NCBI GenBank assembly: GCA_963743525.1
Contig: CAVUQH010000004.1
Span: 672,001-736,000 of the forward strand
From: an uncultured delta proteobacterium
GTDB lineage: Bacteria; Myxococcota_A; Polyangia; Haliangiales; Haliangiaceae
Direction: 5' to 3'
DNA: 64,000 nucleotides
The position numbers and the translations under genes were made by a program. Positions 37,659 to 51,198 of the stretch are shown here, in pieces. Under the pieces are notes generated by a model, which saw only the letters and a program-made list of their open reading frames with translations, searched no databases and was not told the DNA's origin. Numbering within the stretch: the first letter of the stretch is position 1; the number at the start of each line of letters is the position of its first letter.

Positions 37659-38605
37659 CTGAGCTTCAGCGTACCGATCAGCTCGGCCGCGTGCTCGACG
37701 CCGAGGTCGACGCAAAGCTGGGCCAGCTCGCTGACCAGCGCGGCGGCGCGATTGGGATCGGCGAAGTTGAGCGTGCCGACCTGTACCGCGGTAGCACCGG
37801 CGATGAGGAACTCGGCGACGTCCTCGGCGGTGCGGATGCCGCCCATGCCGCAGATCGGCACGCCGAGACCGGCGCGGGCGACCTGGTAGACCATACGCAG
37901 GGCGATCGGCTTGATCGCCGGGCCCGACAGGCCGCCGAAGACGGTGGCGATGCGCGGCCGGCGGGTGCGCACGTCGATGCCCATCGCGGTGATGGTGTTG
38001 ATGATGGACAGGCCGTCGGCGCCGTTCTCGACGCACGCCCTGGCCAGCGCGACGATGTCGGTGATGTTGGGGGTCAGCTTGACCCACAGCGGCAGGTCGG
38101 TGACCTCGCGGCAGGCTTTGACCAGCCGTCCCGCCACCGCCGGGTCGGTGCCGAACTCGACGCCGCCCTTCTTGATGTTGGGGCAGCTGATGTTCATCTC
38201 CAGGACGTCGACACCGCCGACCTCCTTGCCCACCGCGGTCAGTCGCTCGGCGCAGTCGACGTACTCGTCGAAGGTCTCGCCGAAGAAATTGACCACGACC
38301 ACGCCGCCGGCCCGCGACAGCCCGGCCAGGTACGGCGCCTTCTGCTCGCGAAAGCCGTCGACGCCGACGTTCTCCAGGCCGATCGAGTTGATCATCCCGG
38401 CGGCCGTCTCGCACATGCGCGGCACCGGGTTGCCCAGCCGCTGCTTGGGCGAGATACCCTTGGTGGCGACACCGGCCAGCGCCGACAGATCGGTCAGCGC
38501 CTCGAACTCGCGCGCGTAGCCGAACGTGCCCGACGCGGTGAGGATCGGGTTCTTCAGCTCGAGCGAGCCGAAGCGGACCTTCATGTCGATACGGCTGGGG
38601 CTCAC
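37655..38605 (-). CDS. pyrD: Dihydroorotate dehydrogenase family 1B catalytic subunit
   Basis: NPILTASGTFG, INSIGLEN, NISCPN, VKLTPN, GGLSGPAIKP. Confidence 0.96.
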   Translation of the reverse strand: MSPSRIDMKVRFGSLELKNPILTASGTFGYAREFEALTDLSALAGVATKGISPKQRLGNPVPRMCETAAGMINSIGLENVGVDGFREQKAPYLAGLSRAGGVVVVNFFGETFDEYVDCAERLTAVGKEVGGVDVLEMNISCPNIKKGGVEFGTDPAVAGRLVKACREVTDLPLWVKLTPNITDIVALARACVENGADGLSIINTITAMGIDVRTRRPRIATVFGGLSGPAIKPIALRMVYQVARAGLGVPICGMGGIRTAEDVAEFLIAGATAVQVGTLNFADPNRAAALVSELAQLCVDLGVEHAAELIGTLKLS

Positions 38606-39426
38606 GCCGCGCCTCCCTTGGCCGCGTAGCGACCGGCGAGCTCGTCGAGCGAGAAGACCGGCCCGTCCACGCAGGTGTAGCGGAACGCGCGGGTCTTGCA
38701 CGGCACCGCGCAGACCAGACAGGCACCGACGCCGCACGCCATCTCGCCCTCGAGGCTGAGGTAGGCGGGCAGCCCGCGCCGATGCGCCAGCTGGGCGACC
38801 GCCTCGAGCATCGGCTCTGGCCCGCACGCCATCAGCGTCGGCGGCGGCGCGTCACCGCGAGCGTCGACAGCGGCCTCGAGCGGCACGGTCACATAGCCCT
38901 TGCTGCCGGCCGAGCCGTCCTCGGTGGCCAGCACCAGCTCGGCCCCGGCGGCGCGGACGTCGTCCTGCAGCACCAGGTCGCTGGCCGAGCGGCCGCCGTA
39001 GAACATGGTCATCTGCTTGGCCAGCCCCATCGACTGCGCGCGCACCGCGTGCATCATCAATGGCGCCAGGCCGACGCCGCCGGCGACCAGCCAGTCGGTG
39101 CGCGACACCTCGGGCGCGGGGAAGGTGCCGCCCAGCGGACCGAGCACGTGGAAGCGCGCGCCCGGCCGCGCCTGCTCCATGATGGCGCTGGCCTTGCCCT
39201 GGGTCTTGGCCAGGATGTCGATCACGCCGCCGGGATGGACCGCCAGGATCGAGAACGCCCGCGGCAACAGCGGGTCGTCGCCCCAGTCGGCCCCGGCGAT
39301 CATGACGAACTGCCCGGGCAGGGTCTCGGCCAGCGCCTCGCACCCCTCCAGCCGCAGCACGAAGGTCTTGGGCGCGAGGACGATGTTGTCCGCGAGCGTG
39401 GCCTGAATGCGCGATGGCGCCGACAT
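38602..39426 (-). CDS. pyrK: Dihydroorotate dehydrogenase electron transfer subunit
   Basis: PGQFVM, RAFS, GPLG, AGGVGLAP, CGPEPM, MACGVGACLVC...CVDGP. Confidence 0.95.
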   Translation of the reverse strand: MSAPSRIQATLADNIVLAPKTFVLRLEGCEALAETLPGQFVMIAGADWGDDPLLPRAFSILAVHPGGVIDILAKTQGKASAIMEQARPGARFHVLGPLGGTFPAPEVSRTDWLVAGGVGLAPLMMHAVRAQSMGLAKQMTMFYGGRSASDLVLQDDVRAAGAELVLATEDGSAGSKGYVTVPLEAAVDARGDAPPPTLMACGPEPMLEAVAQLAHRRGLPAYLSLEGEMACGVGACLVCAVPCKTRAFRYTCVDGPVFSLDELAGRYAAKGGAA

Positions 39427-39477
39427 CGCAGGCACCTATAGCACAGCCGGCTGACCCCTGACCCTGGAGATCCGGGC

Positions 39478-41301
39478 TCAGTCCTTGATCGAGTGCATCC
39501 GGCTGCGGAAGTGCGCGATCCGCCGATCGAGGACCCGCAGCTTGTCGTCGCTCTGGGCGTAGGTGGCGTAGTGGGCCAGGTCCGCCCACTCCTTCTCCAG
39601 CCGGGCGCCGTAGCTCTTGCGGAAGCTCTTGTACTCGTCGGCCAGGTCGCGGAAGCGGCGCTGGACGTCGGCCCGCGACAGCTCCGGCGACTTCTTGACC
39701 GGCGCCTTCGCGGTCGCGCGCTTGTGCCTGCGGGTGTGCTTCTTGGCCTCGGGGCGAGCCGGGACCGGCGCAGGCTCGGCGGCGCGCGCCGGGGGCTGCG
39801 GCTCCATCGGCATCACCACCGGCGGCATCGCGACCGGCGTGTCGTCGGCCGACGCCAGTACCCGGGTGGGATCGATCTTCTGATCAGGGGTATCGCTGCC
39901 GGCGGCCTCTCCGCTGTCGGCCGGAGCGGCGGCGGCGGCCTTTCCGCCCGCGCCCGGCGACGACGCGAGCACCCAGGCCAACACGCTGCCCGACACCAGC
40001 AGCATCGCGGCGACCGCGCCAATGATCGTCCACCGCCGCCCGCGCCCGCTGGTGGTGCGCCCGACGATCTCGGTGCGCGAGGTATCGAACGGCTTGCGTC
40101 CGGCGACCGAGTGTTTGCCGCTGGGCCGCCGCACCCCGGTCGTGGGAATCGGCGGCGGGGTCTTGGGCGACGGCGGCGGCGGCGGCGATGGCGGCGGCTT
40201 CGAATCCGAGCGCGCGATCAGCGGCATGTTGGCCATCGCGTACGAGATGGTCGTCGCCGACTTGGTCGTCAGCTCGATGACCCACGGCTCGAGGTCGGTC
40301 GCTTCGGCCTGGGCCAGCGTCCGCCGCACCTCGTCCAGCTCACCGGCGAACAGGTCGCGCATGAAATGGCCGAGGTACTCGGGTGACGCCGTCGGGTTGA
40401 CCGCCACCAGCGCGTGTTGAATGGCATCGCGGAACTCGGCTGCGGTCTGGTAGCGATCGTCCGGATCCGGGCGCAGCGCCACCGACATCAGCTCGTCGTA
40501 CGGCGCCAGCGCCGGGTCGACATGGGACGGCAGCGGGTGCTGTCCCTTGGCCACCTGCCGGGCCAGCGCACGGTAGTCGGGCGTGTCGCTGACGTCGTAC
40601 ATGCGAGCCCCTGTGAGCAGCTCGTAGAGGATGACGCCGTTGGCGTAGATGTCGGTGCGGAAGTCAACCTCGCCGCCGCGGATCAGCTGCTCGGGAGCCA
40701 TGTAGCCGAACTTGCCGAAGCCCATGCGCGGGTCGGTGGCGGTCGCGCGCATCACGCTCTTGGCGATGCCGAAGTCGATGATCTTGGTCTCGCCTTCGAA
40801 CGACACCATGATGTTGGGCGGCGAGATGTCGCAGTGCACCAGCTCGAGCGAATTGCCCGCCTCGTCGGTGCGCCGGTGCGCGTAGGACAGGCCACTGGCG
40901 ACGTCGCGAGCGATGAGCAGCGCCAGGTCGACCGGCAGCCGCTGGCCGCGGTCGGAGAGCAACCCCAGGGTGCGGCGCACGTCACGACCCTCGACGTATT
41001 CCAGCGCCAGGAAATACTCGTCGCCGACCCGCCCGACCTCGAAGACCTGGGCGATGTGCGCGTGCTGCAGCTTGATCGCGACCTGGGCCTCGTCGACGAA
41101 GCGCGAGATGAACTGCTCGTCCTCGGCCAGGTGGGGCAGGACCTTCTTGATGACCACCAGCTTTTCGAAGCCGGACAGGCCGTGGCGAGCGAGGAAGATC
41201 TCGCCCATGCCGCCACGGCTGAGCCGCTTCACCAGCAGGTAGCGGCCAAAGACTTGCGGCAACGCGGTCGCGGTCTTTGGTCTGTCCAAGAGCGTGCTCA
41301 T
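39478..41301 (-). CDS. Membrane Ser/Thr protein kinase
   Basis: GGMGEIF, HCDISPPN (non-RD), DFG, YMAPE, TM helix. Confidence 0.93.
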   Translation of the reverse strand: MSTLLDRPKTATALPQVFGRYLLVKRLSRGGMGEIFLARHGLSGFEKLVVIKKVLPHLAEDEQFISRFVDEAQVAIKLQHAHIAQVFEVGRVGDEYFLALEYVEGRDVRRTLGLLSDRGQRLPVDLALLIARDVASGLSYAHRRTDEAGNSLELVHCDISPPNIMVSFEGETKIIDFGIAKSVMRATATDPRMGFGKFGYMAPEQLIRGGEVDFRTDIYANGVILYELLTGARMYDVSDTPDYRALARQVAKGQHPLPSHVDPALAPYDELMSVALRPDPDDRYQTAAEFRDAIQHALVAVNPTASPEYLGHFMRDLFAGELDEVRRTLAQAEATDLEPWVIELTTKSATTISYAMANMPLIARSDSKPPPSPPPPPSPKTPPPIPTTGVRRPSGKHSVAGRKPFDTSRTEIVGRTTSGRGRRWTIIGAVAAMLLVSGSVLAWVLASSPGAGGKAAAAAPADSGEAAGSDTPDQKIDPTRVLASADDTPVAMPPVVMPMEPQPPARAAEPAPVPARPEAKKHTRRHKRATAKAPVKKSPELSRADVQRRFRDLADEYKSFRKSYGARLEKEWADLAHYATYAQSDDKLRVLDRRIAHFRSRMHSIKD

Positions 41302-41434
41302 CCGACGAAAACGACCCCAGCCGAATGTCCCCTGATTGCTGGAACAAACGCGAGGGTCGGCGCTAACGTCTCCTTACCCGCAAGCTTGCCGGTTGTGGGC
41401 CCGGCAACCCAATGATAGCTTGGTACTGGCCGTG

Positions 41435-43060
41435 ATGTTACCCACTTACCGCACGGGCGCGCACTCCTGCCCGCTCCCGCGGCGCGGCTATTGGGCCCTC
41501 CTGGCGGGGGCACTTGCAGGGCTTGCGGGGGGTTGCGCGGCGGACGGGGGGGTCGAGCTGGACCTCAGGCTACCCGAGCGGCCGGAGCTATCCCCGACTC
41601 AGGCCGAGATCGGCTCTGTAGGGTTGGTCACCTACGTCCCCGATCAGCCGCCGCGCAGCGAGACCCGGCAGATCTCCGGCGGGGCCACCCAGCTGAGCCT
41701 GGGCCGGCTCGAGATCGGCGACGGAATCAGCCTGGCGGTGGAGATGCGAGCGCCCAACCAGCGGCTGGTCGGCTACGGCCGCTCGCCCGGACCGATCGAC
41801 GTGGCCGCCGACCAGATGGTGCAGGTGCCGATCAACATGCGCCGGCCGTTCGTCTACGTCACCGGCGGCAGCCAGCTGGCGACGTTCGACTCGACCCGCG
41901 ACGCAGCCGGGGCGACCGACTACCGCGGCAGCATTCCGCTGGCGCGCGCGCCCAGCGTGGCCGCGGCGACCGCGGACGGCCTCGACGTGGTCGTGGTCAG
42001 CGACACCGGCAACGGCGCCGAGCTGTCGCTGGTGTCGACCTCGACCCACGAGCCCAGCACCGCCGCGCCGGTGCCGCTCAACGCAGCGCCCAGCGACATC
42101 GCCATCTCGCCCGACAGTCACTGGGCGGTGGTCGGTCACTCGGGCGCCCAGGGCGGACTGTCGATCGTCGACCTCGGCGCTGCGCGCGCGGGGCAGGCGG
42201 CGGTGCAGTTCGTGCCGATCGGCTCGGTCGGTGCGGTGATCATCGGCGCCCACACCTCCAAGCCGCGGGCGGTCGCCCTGCTCGACCGCGCCCCCGGCCC
42301 CGGCTGCCAGACCGGCGACATCGCCTCCAGCGTGGTCACGGTGTCCCTGGCTGATGCGTCGATGGGCCCGAGCTTCGACCTGGGTACCCCGGTTCGCGAC
42401 ATCGCCGTCTCCGACGACGGCGGCTTCGTCTTCAGCGCCGACGTCTGCAGCGACAAGATCGACAAGCTGTCGCTCGACGACGACGTCCAGCCGGCGCCGC
42501 TGCTCATGGTGCCGCAGCCGACCGCGGTGGCGGTGTTCGACGATCGGGTGTGGGCCGTGGGCACCGAGCCGCCGGCCGGCAACCTGCCGTGGCGGTTGAT
42601 GCTGGTGTCGGCGCGCGACGACGGCACCGGCGAGACCCGGGTCGAGCTGCCGCAGATCCAGGAGAGCGCGCGCTCCGACGACTTCACCGGCAACGGCCAG
42701 GCGGCCGAGCAGCGCATGGACGCCGACTCGCTGGAGGCCTACGACCTGGCGGTGACGCCCGGCGCCGACCACCTGGCGATCCTGGTGTGGGAATGGTTCC
42801 AGGCCAGCGAGATGGGCAGCTTCCTCGGCCAGCCGATCATTCCGGCGATGACGCTGGAGTCGCGCGAGTACTTGCTGGTCAACGCGTTGACGACGGCGAT
42901 CGTCCAGCGGGTGCGCACCAGCTGCGACCTGCAGTGGGAGAGCGACCCGTTCAACCCGCCCGTCCTCGACAGCTGGTCGTGCACACAGGACTCCGGCCAG
43001 GACGTCTCCAGCGAAGCGTACAACCCGAAGCACGTGTCGATCCTGTACGGAAGCCGATGA
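41435..43060 (+). CDS. Lipoprotein with beta-propeller-like repeats
   Basis: Lipobox AGGC; repeated DIAISPD/DIAVSDD blades; start uncertain. Confidence 0.7.
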   Translation: MLPTYRTGAHSCPLPRRGYWALLAGALAGLAGGCAADGGVELDLRLPERPELSPTQAEIGSVGLVTYVPDQPPRSETRQISGGATQLSLGRLEIGDGISLAVEMRAPNQRLVGYGRSPGPIDVAADQMVQVPINMRRPFVYVTGGSQLATFDSTRDAAGATDYRGSIPLARAPSVAAATADGLDVVVVSDTGNGAELSLVSTSTHEPSTAAPVPLNAAPSDIAISPDSHWAVVGHSGAQGGLSIVDLGAARAGQAAVQFVPIGSVGAVIIGAHTSKPRAVALLDRAPGPGCQTGDIASSVVTVSLADASMGPSFDLGTPVRDIAVSDDGGFVFSADVCSDKIDKLSLDDDVQPAPLLMVPQPTAVAVFDDRVWAVGTEPPAGNLPWRLMLVSARDDGTGETRVELPQIQESARSDDFTGNGQAAEQRMDADSLEAYDLAVTPGADHLAILVWEWFQASEMGSFLGQPIIPAMTLESREYLLVNALTTAIVQRVRTSCDLQWESDPFNPPVLDSWSCTQDSGQDVSSEAYNPKHVSILYGSR

Positions 43061-43908
43061 CCGCACGCGTTCTCATCACCGCCATCTTCGTCGCCCTGCT
43101 CGCCGGCACGGCGAGCGCGCAGTCGCCCAACCCGAAGCGCCGGGTGGCGGTACTGGAGTTCCGCGCCGGCTCCGCCGAGTTGCCCAACGTCCACCAGCAG
43201 ATGGCCGACATCCTGCGCAGGGCGACGTCGCTCGACGTCGTCGACGTGACCGCCGCGCGGCGCATCTACGGCGACGACCTCGACAAGGACATCGTCACGT
43301 GCGCCGGCAACGCGCGCTGCGTCGCCAGGTTGGGCGCGAAGCTCAAGGCGTCCGAGGTGCTGCTGGTCGGAGTCAGCGAGTTCGGCGACGTCATCTTGAC
43401 GCTGCAGCGCATCCGCACCCGCGGCGGCAAGGTCGAGGCGCGCATCGCCGAGGCGATGGCGCCCGGCGGCAACCCCGACGACAAGGCTGTGCGCGCCTAC
43501 CTCGAACGGGTCATGCCCGAGAGCGACTTCCTCCGCTACGGCAAGATCCGCCTGCAGGCCAACGTCGTCGGCGCCAAGGTCGACATCGACGGCAAAGCCC
43601 GCGGCCTCACGCCGCTCGACCCGATCAAGGTGCCGGCGCCGGCTACCTACCTGATCAAGGTGACCAAGCCCGGCTACGTGCCGTTCCGCGTCAGGGTCCA
43701 CGTGCCGCCCGACGCCGGCGTCGACGTGCAGACCACGCTCACCCCGCGCGGCGGCGAGCAGGCCTGGTACAAGAAGTGGTGGGTCGCCGCCATCGCCGGC
43801 ACCGTCGTCGTCGGCGCCGCCACCGCCACGGTCATGGCCACCCGCGGCACGCCCAACGACGTTCCGGTCACCGCCACCATCGGCGGAACCTCCCTGCTCC
43901 GCTTCTGA
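43057..43908 (+). CDS. PEGA domain protein
   Basis: Signal peptide; GAKVDIDG..RGLTP...KPGY; WYKKWW plus hydrophobic tail. Confidence 0.85.
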   Translation: MTARVLITAIFVALLAGTASAQSPNPKRRVAVLEFRAGSAELPNVHQQMADILRRATSLDVVDVTAARRIYGDDLDKDIVTCAGNARCVARLGAKLKASEVLLVGVSEFGDVILTLQRIRTRGGKVEARIAEAMAPGGNPDDKAVRAYLERVMPESDFLRYGKIRLQANVVGAKVDIDGKARGLTPLDPIKVPAPATYLIKVTKPGYVPFRVRVHVPPDAGVDVQTTLTPRGGEQAWYKKWWVAAIAGTVVVGAATATVMATRGTPNDVPVTATIGGTSLLRF

Positions 43909-43911
43909 CGG

Positions 43912-44385
43912 CTACTCGTCGCCGAGCTCGAGGGACATGACGATTGCGTCCTCGCGGTTCTCTACGTAGTACTTGGGACGCAGGCCGACGGCGACGAAGC
44001 CGTAGCGTTCGTACAGGGCGATGGCCGGGCGGTTGGAGCGGCGCACTTCGAGGGTCAGGTAGCGACAGTCGTGGGCGCGGGCGACGGCCAGGAGGTTGTC
44101 CATCAGGGCGGCGGCGTGGCCGCGCTGGCGGCGCTCCGGGTGGGTGGCGATGTTGAGCAGGTGGATCTCGTCGCGGACGATCCAGTAGTTGCAGAAGGCG
44201 GCGACGCGGCTGACGCCGTCGGGGTCGCGTTCGCGGACCACGTCGATGCGCGCCCACTCGCGGGCCAGCTCCTCGACGAACACCTGCGCCGGCCACGGCG
44301 ACGGGTGGCCGCCGTCCTCGATCACCATTACCTGGTCGAGATCCTCGGCGGTCATCGGCGTGATCTCGACCCGGCGATTCCTCAT
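43912..44385 (-). CDS. rimI: Ribosomal-protein-alanine N-acetyltransferase
   Basis: DEIHLLNIATHP..RQRG, LEVRRSN, LYERYGF, RPKYY, EDA. Confidence 0.92.
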   Translation of the reverse strand: MRNRRVEITPMTAEDLDQVMVIEDGGHPSPWPAQVFVEELAREWARIDVVRERDPDGVSRVAAFCNYWIVRDEIHLLNIATHPERRQRGHAAALMDNLLAVARAHDCRYLTLEVRRSNRPAIALYERYGFVAVGLRPKYYVENREDAIVMSLELGDE

Positions 44386-44987
44386 CGCGACACCGATCGG
44401 ATGATCGCGCGCCACAGGTCGTCCTGGCCATCGCCGGTCTCGGCGGAGAACAGCACCGGATTGCGGCGAATGCCCAGCGCGCGCGACAGCGCCAGGCCGG
44501 CGGGCTTGCGCTTGGACTTGGGCAGCTTGTCGATCTTGGTCAGCACCGGGATGACCTCGATCTCGCGCTCGATCAGCCAGGCGGCCAGCTCCTCTTCTTC
44601 GCTCTCGGCGCCGCGGCGGGCATCGACCAGCAGCACGACCGCGCGCAAGACCCCGCGATCGCCGAGGTAGGCCTCGATCAGTGGCTGCCACTCGGCGCGG
44701 GTCTTCTTCGACACCTTGGCGTAGCCGTAGCCGGGCAGGTCGACGAAAGCGATCGAGTCGACCTTGCCGTCGCCGTTCGGCGGGTCGACGGCGAACCAGT
44801 TGAGCAACTGGGTCCGCCCGGGCGTGCGCGAGGTGCGCGCCAGTCCTGTCTGGCCGACCAGCGAGTTGATCAGCGACGACTTGCCGACGTTGGAACGACC
44901 GGCGAAGGCAATCTCGGGGACCTCCTCGGGCGGGAAGCCGTTGGGCGCCGCGGCGGAGATGATGAACGATGAACGTCGCGCGCGCAT
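44382..44987 (-). CDS. engB: GTP-binding protein EngB/YihA
   Basis: GRSNVGKSS, TPGRT, DLPGYG, TKID. Confidence 0.95.
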   Translation of the reverse strand: MRARRSSFIISAAAPNGFPPEEVPEIAFAGRSNVGKSSLINSLVGQTGLARTSRTPGRTQLLNWFAVDPPNGDGKVDSIAFVDLPGYGYAKVSKKTRAEWQPLIEAYLGDRGVLRAVVLLVDARRGAESEEEELAAWLIEREIEVIPVLTKIDKLPKSKRKPAGLALSRALGIRRNPVLFSAETGDGQDDLWRAIIRSVSR

Positions 44988-44995
44988 GGTGGCTC

Positions 44996-45466
44996 CTAGT
45001 GGGCAATCCGCGCCCACGCCGCATCGACGTCGATCGGCTGAAGGCGCGTGGAGGTCCGGTGACAGCCGTTGCAGAGCGCTGCGCGCGCCCTGGGCGTCGA
45101 TAGATCGCGCAGCCCCAGCTGCTGCGCCAGGGCCGGGTCGCGCATGACGTCTTCGGCAGCATAGCCGGCGCCGCTTCCGTGGCAGCTCTCGCAGCCGACT
45201 CCCGAACCGTATGGCCGGCCGGCCGGCGCCTCGCCGGTGGCGTGGCAAGCCAGACAGCGGCGGTCGCTGACGCGGGCGCCGAGGGTCTCGCTGGCGTGGG
45301 CGTGAGCGCTCTTCTTCCACACCGCCAGCGCCGCCGGGTGACATTTCCCGCAGGCGTCGGTGCCGGTGAAGTCGGAGCGCGCCGCCGACGATGGCCGCAC
45401 CGGCGCGAGGACCCACGCGGCCAGCCCCGCCGCGACAACGAGCGCGATGTGCGCTGGGGCCCGCAT
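44996..45466 (-). CDS. Small tetraheme c-type cytochrome (c554-like)
   Basis: Signal peptide; CGKCH, CLACH, CESCH, CNGCH. Confidence 0.88.
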   Translation of the reverse strand: MRAPAHIALVVAAGLAAWVLAPVRPSSAARSDFTGTDACGKCHPAALAVWKKSAHAHASETLGARVSDRRCLACHATGEAPAGRPYGSGVGCESCHGSGAGYAAEDVMRDPALAQQLGLRDLSTPRARAALCNGCHRTSTRLQPIDVDAAWARIAH

Positions 45467-45520
45467 CCGAATGCGGTTACCACGGCGCCGAGCCCCGGTC
45501 AAACGTGGTACTCATGCGGC

Positions 45521-46126
45521 GTGGACGGCGTGCGGGTCATCGGCTTGACCGGCGGAATCGCCAGCGGAAAGAGCACGGTAGCCCGCATGCTGACCGAGCT
45601 CGGCGCGCCGGTCGTAGACGCCGACCAGCTGGCCCGCGAAGTAGTGGCGCCAGGCTCCGACGGCCTGGCCGCCATCGTCGACCATTTCGGCGACCAGGTG
45701 CTCGACGCCGGCGGCGCCCTGGACCGCAAGAAGATGGCCGCCATCGTCTTTGCCGACCCGCAGGCGCGGGCGGCGCTCGAGGCCATCACCCACCCGCGCA
45801 TCGCCGCCGCCGGCCAGCGAGAAATCGGCCGCCACGCCGCCGCCGGCGCGCGCTACGTGGTCTACGAGGCCGCGCTGATCGTCGAGAACCGCCTGCAGTC
45901 GTGGATGCACGCGCTGATCGTCGTCGCCGTCCCGCCCGAGGTCCAGCTCGAGCGGATGATCGCGCGCGACGGCCTCGACGAAGCCGCTGCCCGGGCGCGG
46001 CTCGACGCCCAACTGCCGCTGGCCGACAAGATCGCGGTCGCCGACTACGTGGTCGACAACGCCGGCAGCGTGGACCAGACTCGCGCACAGGTCACTCGCA
46101 TCTGGAACCAGATCACCGACTCATGA
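45521..46126 (+). CDS. coaE: Dephospho-CoA kinase
   Basis: [25 protein letters not shown]. Confidence 0.95.
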   Translation: MDGVRVIGLTGGIASGKSTVARMLTELGAPVVDADQLAREVVAPGSDGLAAIVDHFGDQVLDAGGALDRKKMAAIVFADPQARAALEAITHPRIAAAGQREIGRHAAAGARYVVYEAALIVENRLQSWMHALIVVAVPPEVQLERMIARDGLDEAAARARLDAQLPLADKIAVADYVVDNAGSVDQTRAQVTRIWNQITDS

Positions 46127-47262
46127 GCACCTCCGACGACTTCCCCGAAACCGAGGACCCGCGTCCGTCCGAGCGGATCCTGGTCACCGGTTATCCCGCG
46201 TTCACCGCGCGGCGCATGGTGCGCAAGATCCTGGCCAGCGATGCGACGGCGCGGGTGATGGTGCTGGCGCGGGCGAAGTTCGCCGACGAGGCGCGCGCCT
46301 GGCTGGCGCAGCTGCCCGACGGCGATCGTGCCGAGCTGGTCGCCGGCGACGTCTGCCACATGGACCTGGGGCTATCGGGCAGCGAGTACCAGCGCCTGAC
46401 CCGCGAAGTCACCACCATCCATCACCTGGCCGGCATCTATTACATGGGCGTCGACAAGGCGACGGCCGAGCGGGTCAACGTCGAGGGGACGCGCGGCGTG
46501 GTCGAGCTGGCCGGCGAAACCAAGCGGCTGCGCCGACTCGTCCACTGGTCGACCGCGGCGGTGTCGGGCAAGCGCCGCGGCGTGGTGCTCGAGGACGAGC
46601 TCGACGCCGGGCAGTCGTTTCACAACTTCTACGAAGAGACCAAGTACCGCGCCGAGCTGCTCGCGCGGGAGGCCCAGCGGCGGATGCCGGTGACCATCCT
46701 CCGCCCCGGCGTCATCGTCGGCGACAGCCACACCGGCGAGATCGACAAGTTCGACGGGCCGTACTACCTGATGGTCCTCATCGTCACCAACTCGCTGCAC
46801 GTCCACCTGCCGCTGCCCGGCCGCGGCGTGGCGCCGCTGCACCTGGTGCCGATCGACTACGTCATCGACGCCGCCTACCAGCTGAGCGTCGACGCCCGCG
46901 CCGCCGGCAAGACCTTCCACCTGACCGACCCCAACCCGCTGCCCGCGCGCAAGGTCTACGAGATGGTCGCCGAGCGCGCCCACTCCAAGGCGCCCCGCGG
47001 CGTCATCCCCAAAGGCCTGGCTCGCGCGCTACTCAAGACGCCGGGTCTCGAGCGCCTCGCCCGCGGTCCCCTCTCCTTTCTCGAGTCGTTCGACCACCAG
47101 GTCTTCTACAACGCGATGAACGCCGCCGAGATCCTCGGCGACGCCGGCGTCCGCTGCCCGGCCTTCCCCAGCTACGTCGACCCGCTGGTCCGCTACGTCC
47201 GCGACGTCTACGACGCCCGCCGCCAGCAGATCGAAGACGACGTCTTCGACCCCTTCGACTAG
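46123..47262 (+). CDS. Extended SDR / male-sterility-type NAD-binding reductase
   Basis: [33 protein letters not shown]. Confidence 0.85.
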   Translation: MSTSDDFPETEDPRPSERILVTGYPAFTARRMVRKILASDATARVMVLARAKFADEARAWLAQLPDGDRAELVAGDVCHMDLGLSGSEYQRLTREVTTIHHLAGIYYMGVDKATAERVNVEGTRGVVELAGETKRLRRLVHWSTAAVSGKRRGVVLEDELDAGQSFHNFYEETKYRAELLAREAQRRMPVTILRPGVIVGDSHTGEIDKFDGPYYLMVLIVTNSLHVHLPLPGRGVAPLHLVPIDYVIDAAYQLSVDARAAGKTFHLTDPNPLPARKVYEMVAERAHSKAPRGVIPKGLARALLKTPGLERLARGPLSFLESFDHQVFYNAMNAAEILGDAGVRCPAFPSYVDPLVRYVRDVYDARRQQIEDDVFDPFD

Positions 47263-47306
47263 GCGCTGAGGACCATTTCGAGTGCGTTTTGCTGTTGACT
47301 TGGAAC

Positions 47307-47331
47307 GAATTTGAAAGTTACTTTCAAATTC
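47307..47331. promoter_or_regulatory. Fur-like operator overlapping the promoter
   Basis: 12-1-12 palindrome GAATTTGAAAGT-T-ACTTTCAAATTC; TTGACT at 47295; ATG follows directly. Confidence 0.75.
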
Positions 47332-48108
47332 ATGTTCAGGACGCTACTGATTTCCCTGGTCTTCTCCGTCGTGCTGGCGGGCTTCTCCGGATTGGCGCGC
47401 GCCGACCGGCGGTCGTTTCTCGAGACCTACGAGTACATGACGATGCCCGAGGGCGACGTCGAGCTCGAGTTCTGGAACCGGCAGCAGCGCGACTCGTTCG
47501 CGGCCGACGCGGCGCGCTCGTTCTCGCTGGAGCTCGAGCTGGAGTACGGAATCAGCTCGCACTGGGACATCGCCCTGTATCAGATGTTCGACCAATCGAT
47601 GGACCCGGCCGACCCGACGGCCGGCAGCACGTTCGGCTACGAGGGGACCAAGATCGAGACGCGGTACCGGCTGGGAGAGCGCGGGACCTACCCGGTCGAT
47701 ACGGTGCTCTACCTGGAGGTGGTCAAGGAGTTCCCGACCGACGTCTGGGAGGTCGAGCCGAAGATCATCCTCGCGCGCGACTTCGGCCCGGTGACGGCGG
47801 CGCTCAACGTGGCCGCCGGCATCGAGGTCAAACACCAGCTCGACATGGCCGGCAGCTCCGAGGTCGAGGCCGAGCTCGAGCCCAACTGGGCGTTCGGCCT
47901 GACCTACGAGATTTCGCCGGTCATCAAGGTCGGCGCCGAGACTTTCGGCAAGGCCGACCTGGAGGACAGCGACGTGACCGCATTCGCCGGGCCGTCGGTG
48001 TCGTGGGCGCCGTCGAGCAAGATCTGGATCGCGACCACGGCGGCGCTGGGCCTCACCGACGACAGTCCCCGCTACCAGCTGGGATTCATCGCCGGAGTGG
48101 GTCTCTAA
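47332..48108 (+). CDS. Outer-membrane beta-barrel protein
   Basis: Signal peptide ARA-D; alternating amphipathic strands (LELELEYG), terminal GFIAGVGL. Confidence 0.75.
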   Translation: MFRTLLISLVFSVVLAGFSGLARADRRSFLETYEYMTMPEGDVELEFWNRQQRDSFAADAARSFSLELELEYGISSHWDIALYQMFDQSMDPADPTAGSTFGYEGTKIETRYRLGERGTYPVDTVLYLEVVKEFPTDVWEVEPKIILARDFGPVTAALNVAAGIEVKHQLDMAGSSEVEAELEPNWAFGLTYEISPVIKVGAETFGKADLEDSDVTAFAGPSVSWAPSSKIWIATTAALGLTDDSPRYQLGFIAGVGL

Positions 48109-48142
48109 GCGATTGACGGCGGCGGGGCGGGCGGAGTAGGAT

Positions 48143-48169
48143 TGAAATTGAAAGCTGCTTTCAATTTCA
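48143..48169. promoter_or_regulatory. Second Fur-like operator
   Basis: 13-1-13 palindrome TGAAATTGAAAGC-T-GCTTTCAATTTCA directly after TTGACG-N18-TAGGAT. Confidence 0.75.
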
Positions 48170-48179
48170 GGTGAGCCGA

Positions 48180-48532
48180 ATGCTGTCCCTCCGTCTGATC
48201 CCCGTGGCCGTTCTGCTGTTGCTGGGCGCGTGCCGCCCCACGCTGCCCGCGGCAACCACCGCCGATGCCGATCGCGCAGCGCACACCTGGCCGGGAACGA
48301 CGGTCGCCGACCTCGAGCACGGGCGGCGGATCTACCTCGAGCGCTGTAGCAGCTGTCACCAGCCGGTCGCGCCGGCCAAGGTCACGCCGGCCGACTGGCC
48401 GGGGCACATCGCCGAGATGAAGACCCGCGCCCATCTGTCCGCGGAGCAAGCGCAGCTGGTCGAGCGCTACGTCGTGACCATGTCGCGCGCGCACGCCGAC
48501 GCCCGGACCGCACCGCAGCCACAGGCCTCGCG

Positions 48533-48536
<4 letters not shown>
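48180..48536 (+). CDS. Monoheme cytochrome c lipoprotein
   Basis: Lipobox LGAC; CSSCH; distal W....EM candidate Met ligand. Confidence 0.85.
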
Positions 48537-49882
<1,346 letters not shown>

Positions 49883-49909
49883 AGTAGCAGGCGGGCCAGG
49901 TGGCGGGCC

Positions 49910-51121
<1,212 letters not shown>

Positions 51122-51198
51122 GGGGCTTCTCCTCGCTCTCGGTTCGAGAGGCCCCTCTATAGCAGAATCGGGCGCCGAACAGATCGCCGCTCTCGCGG

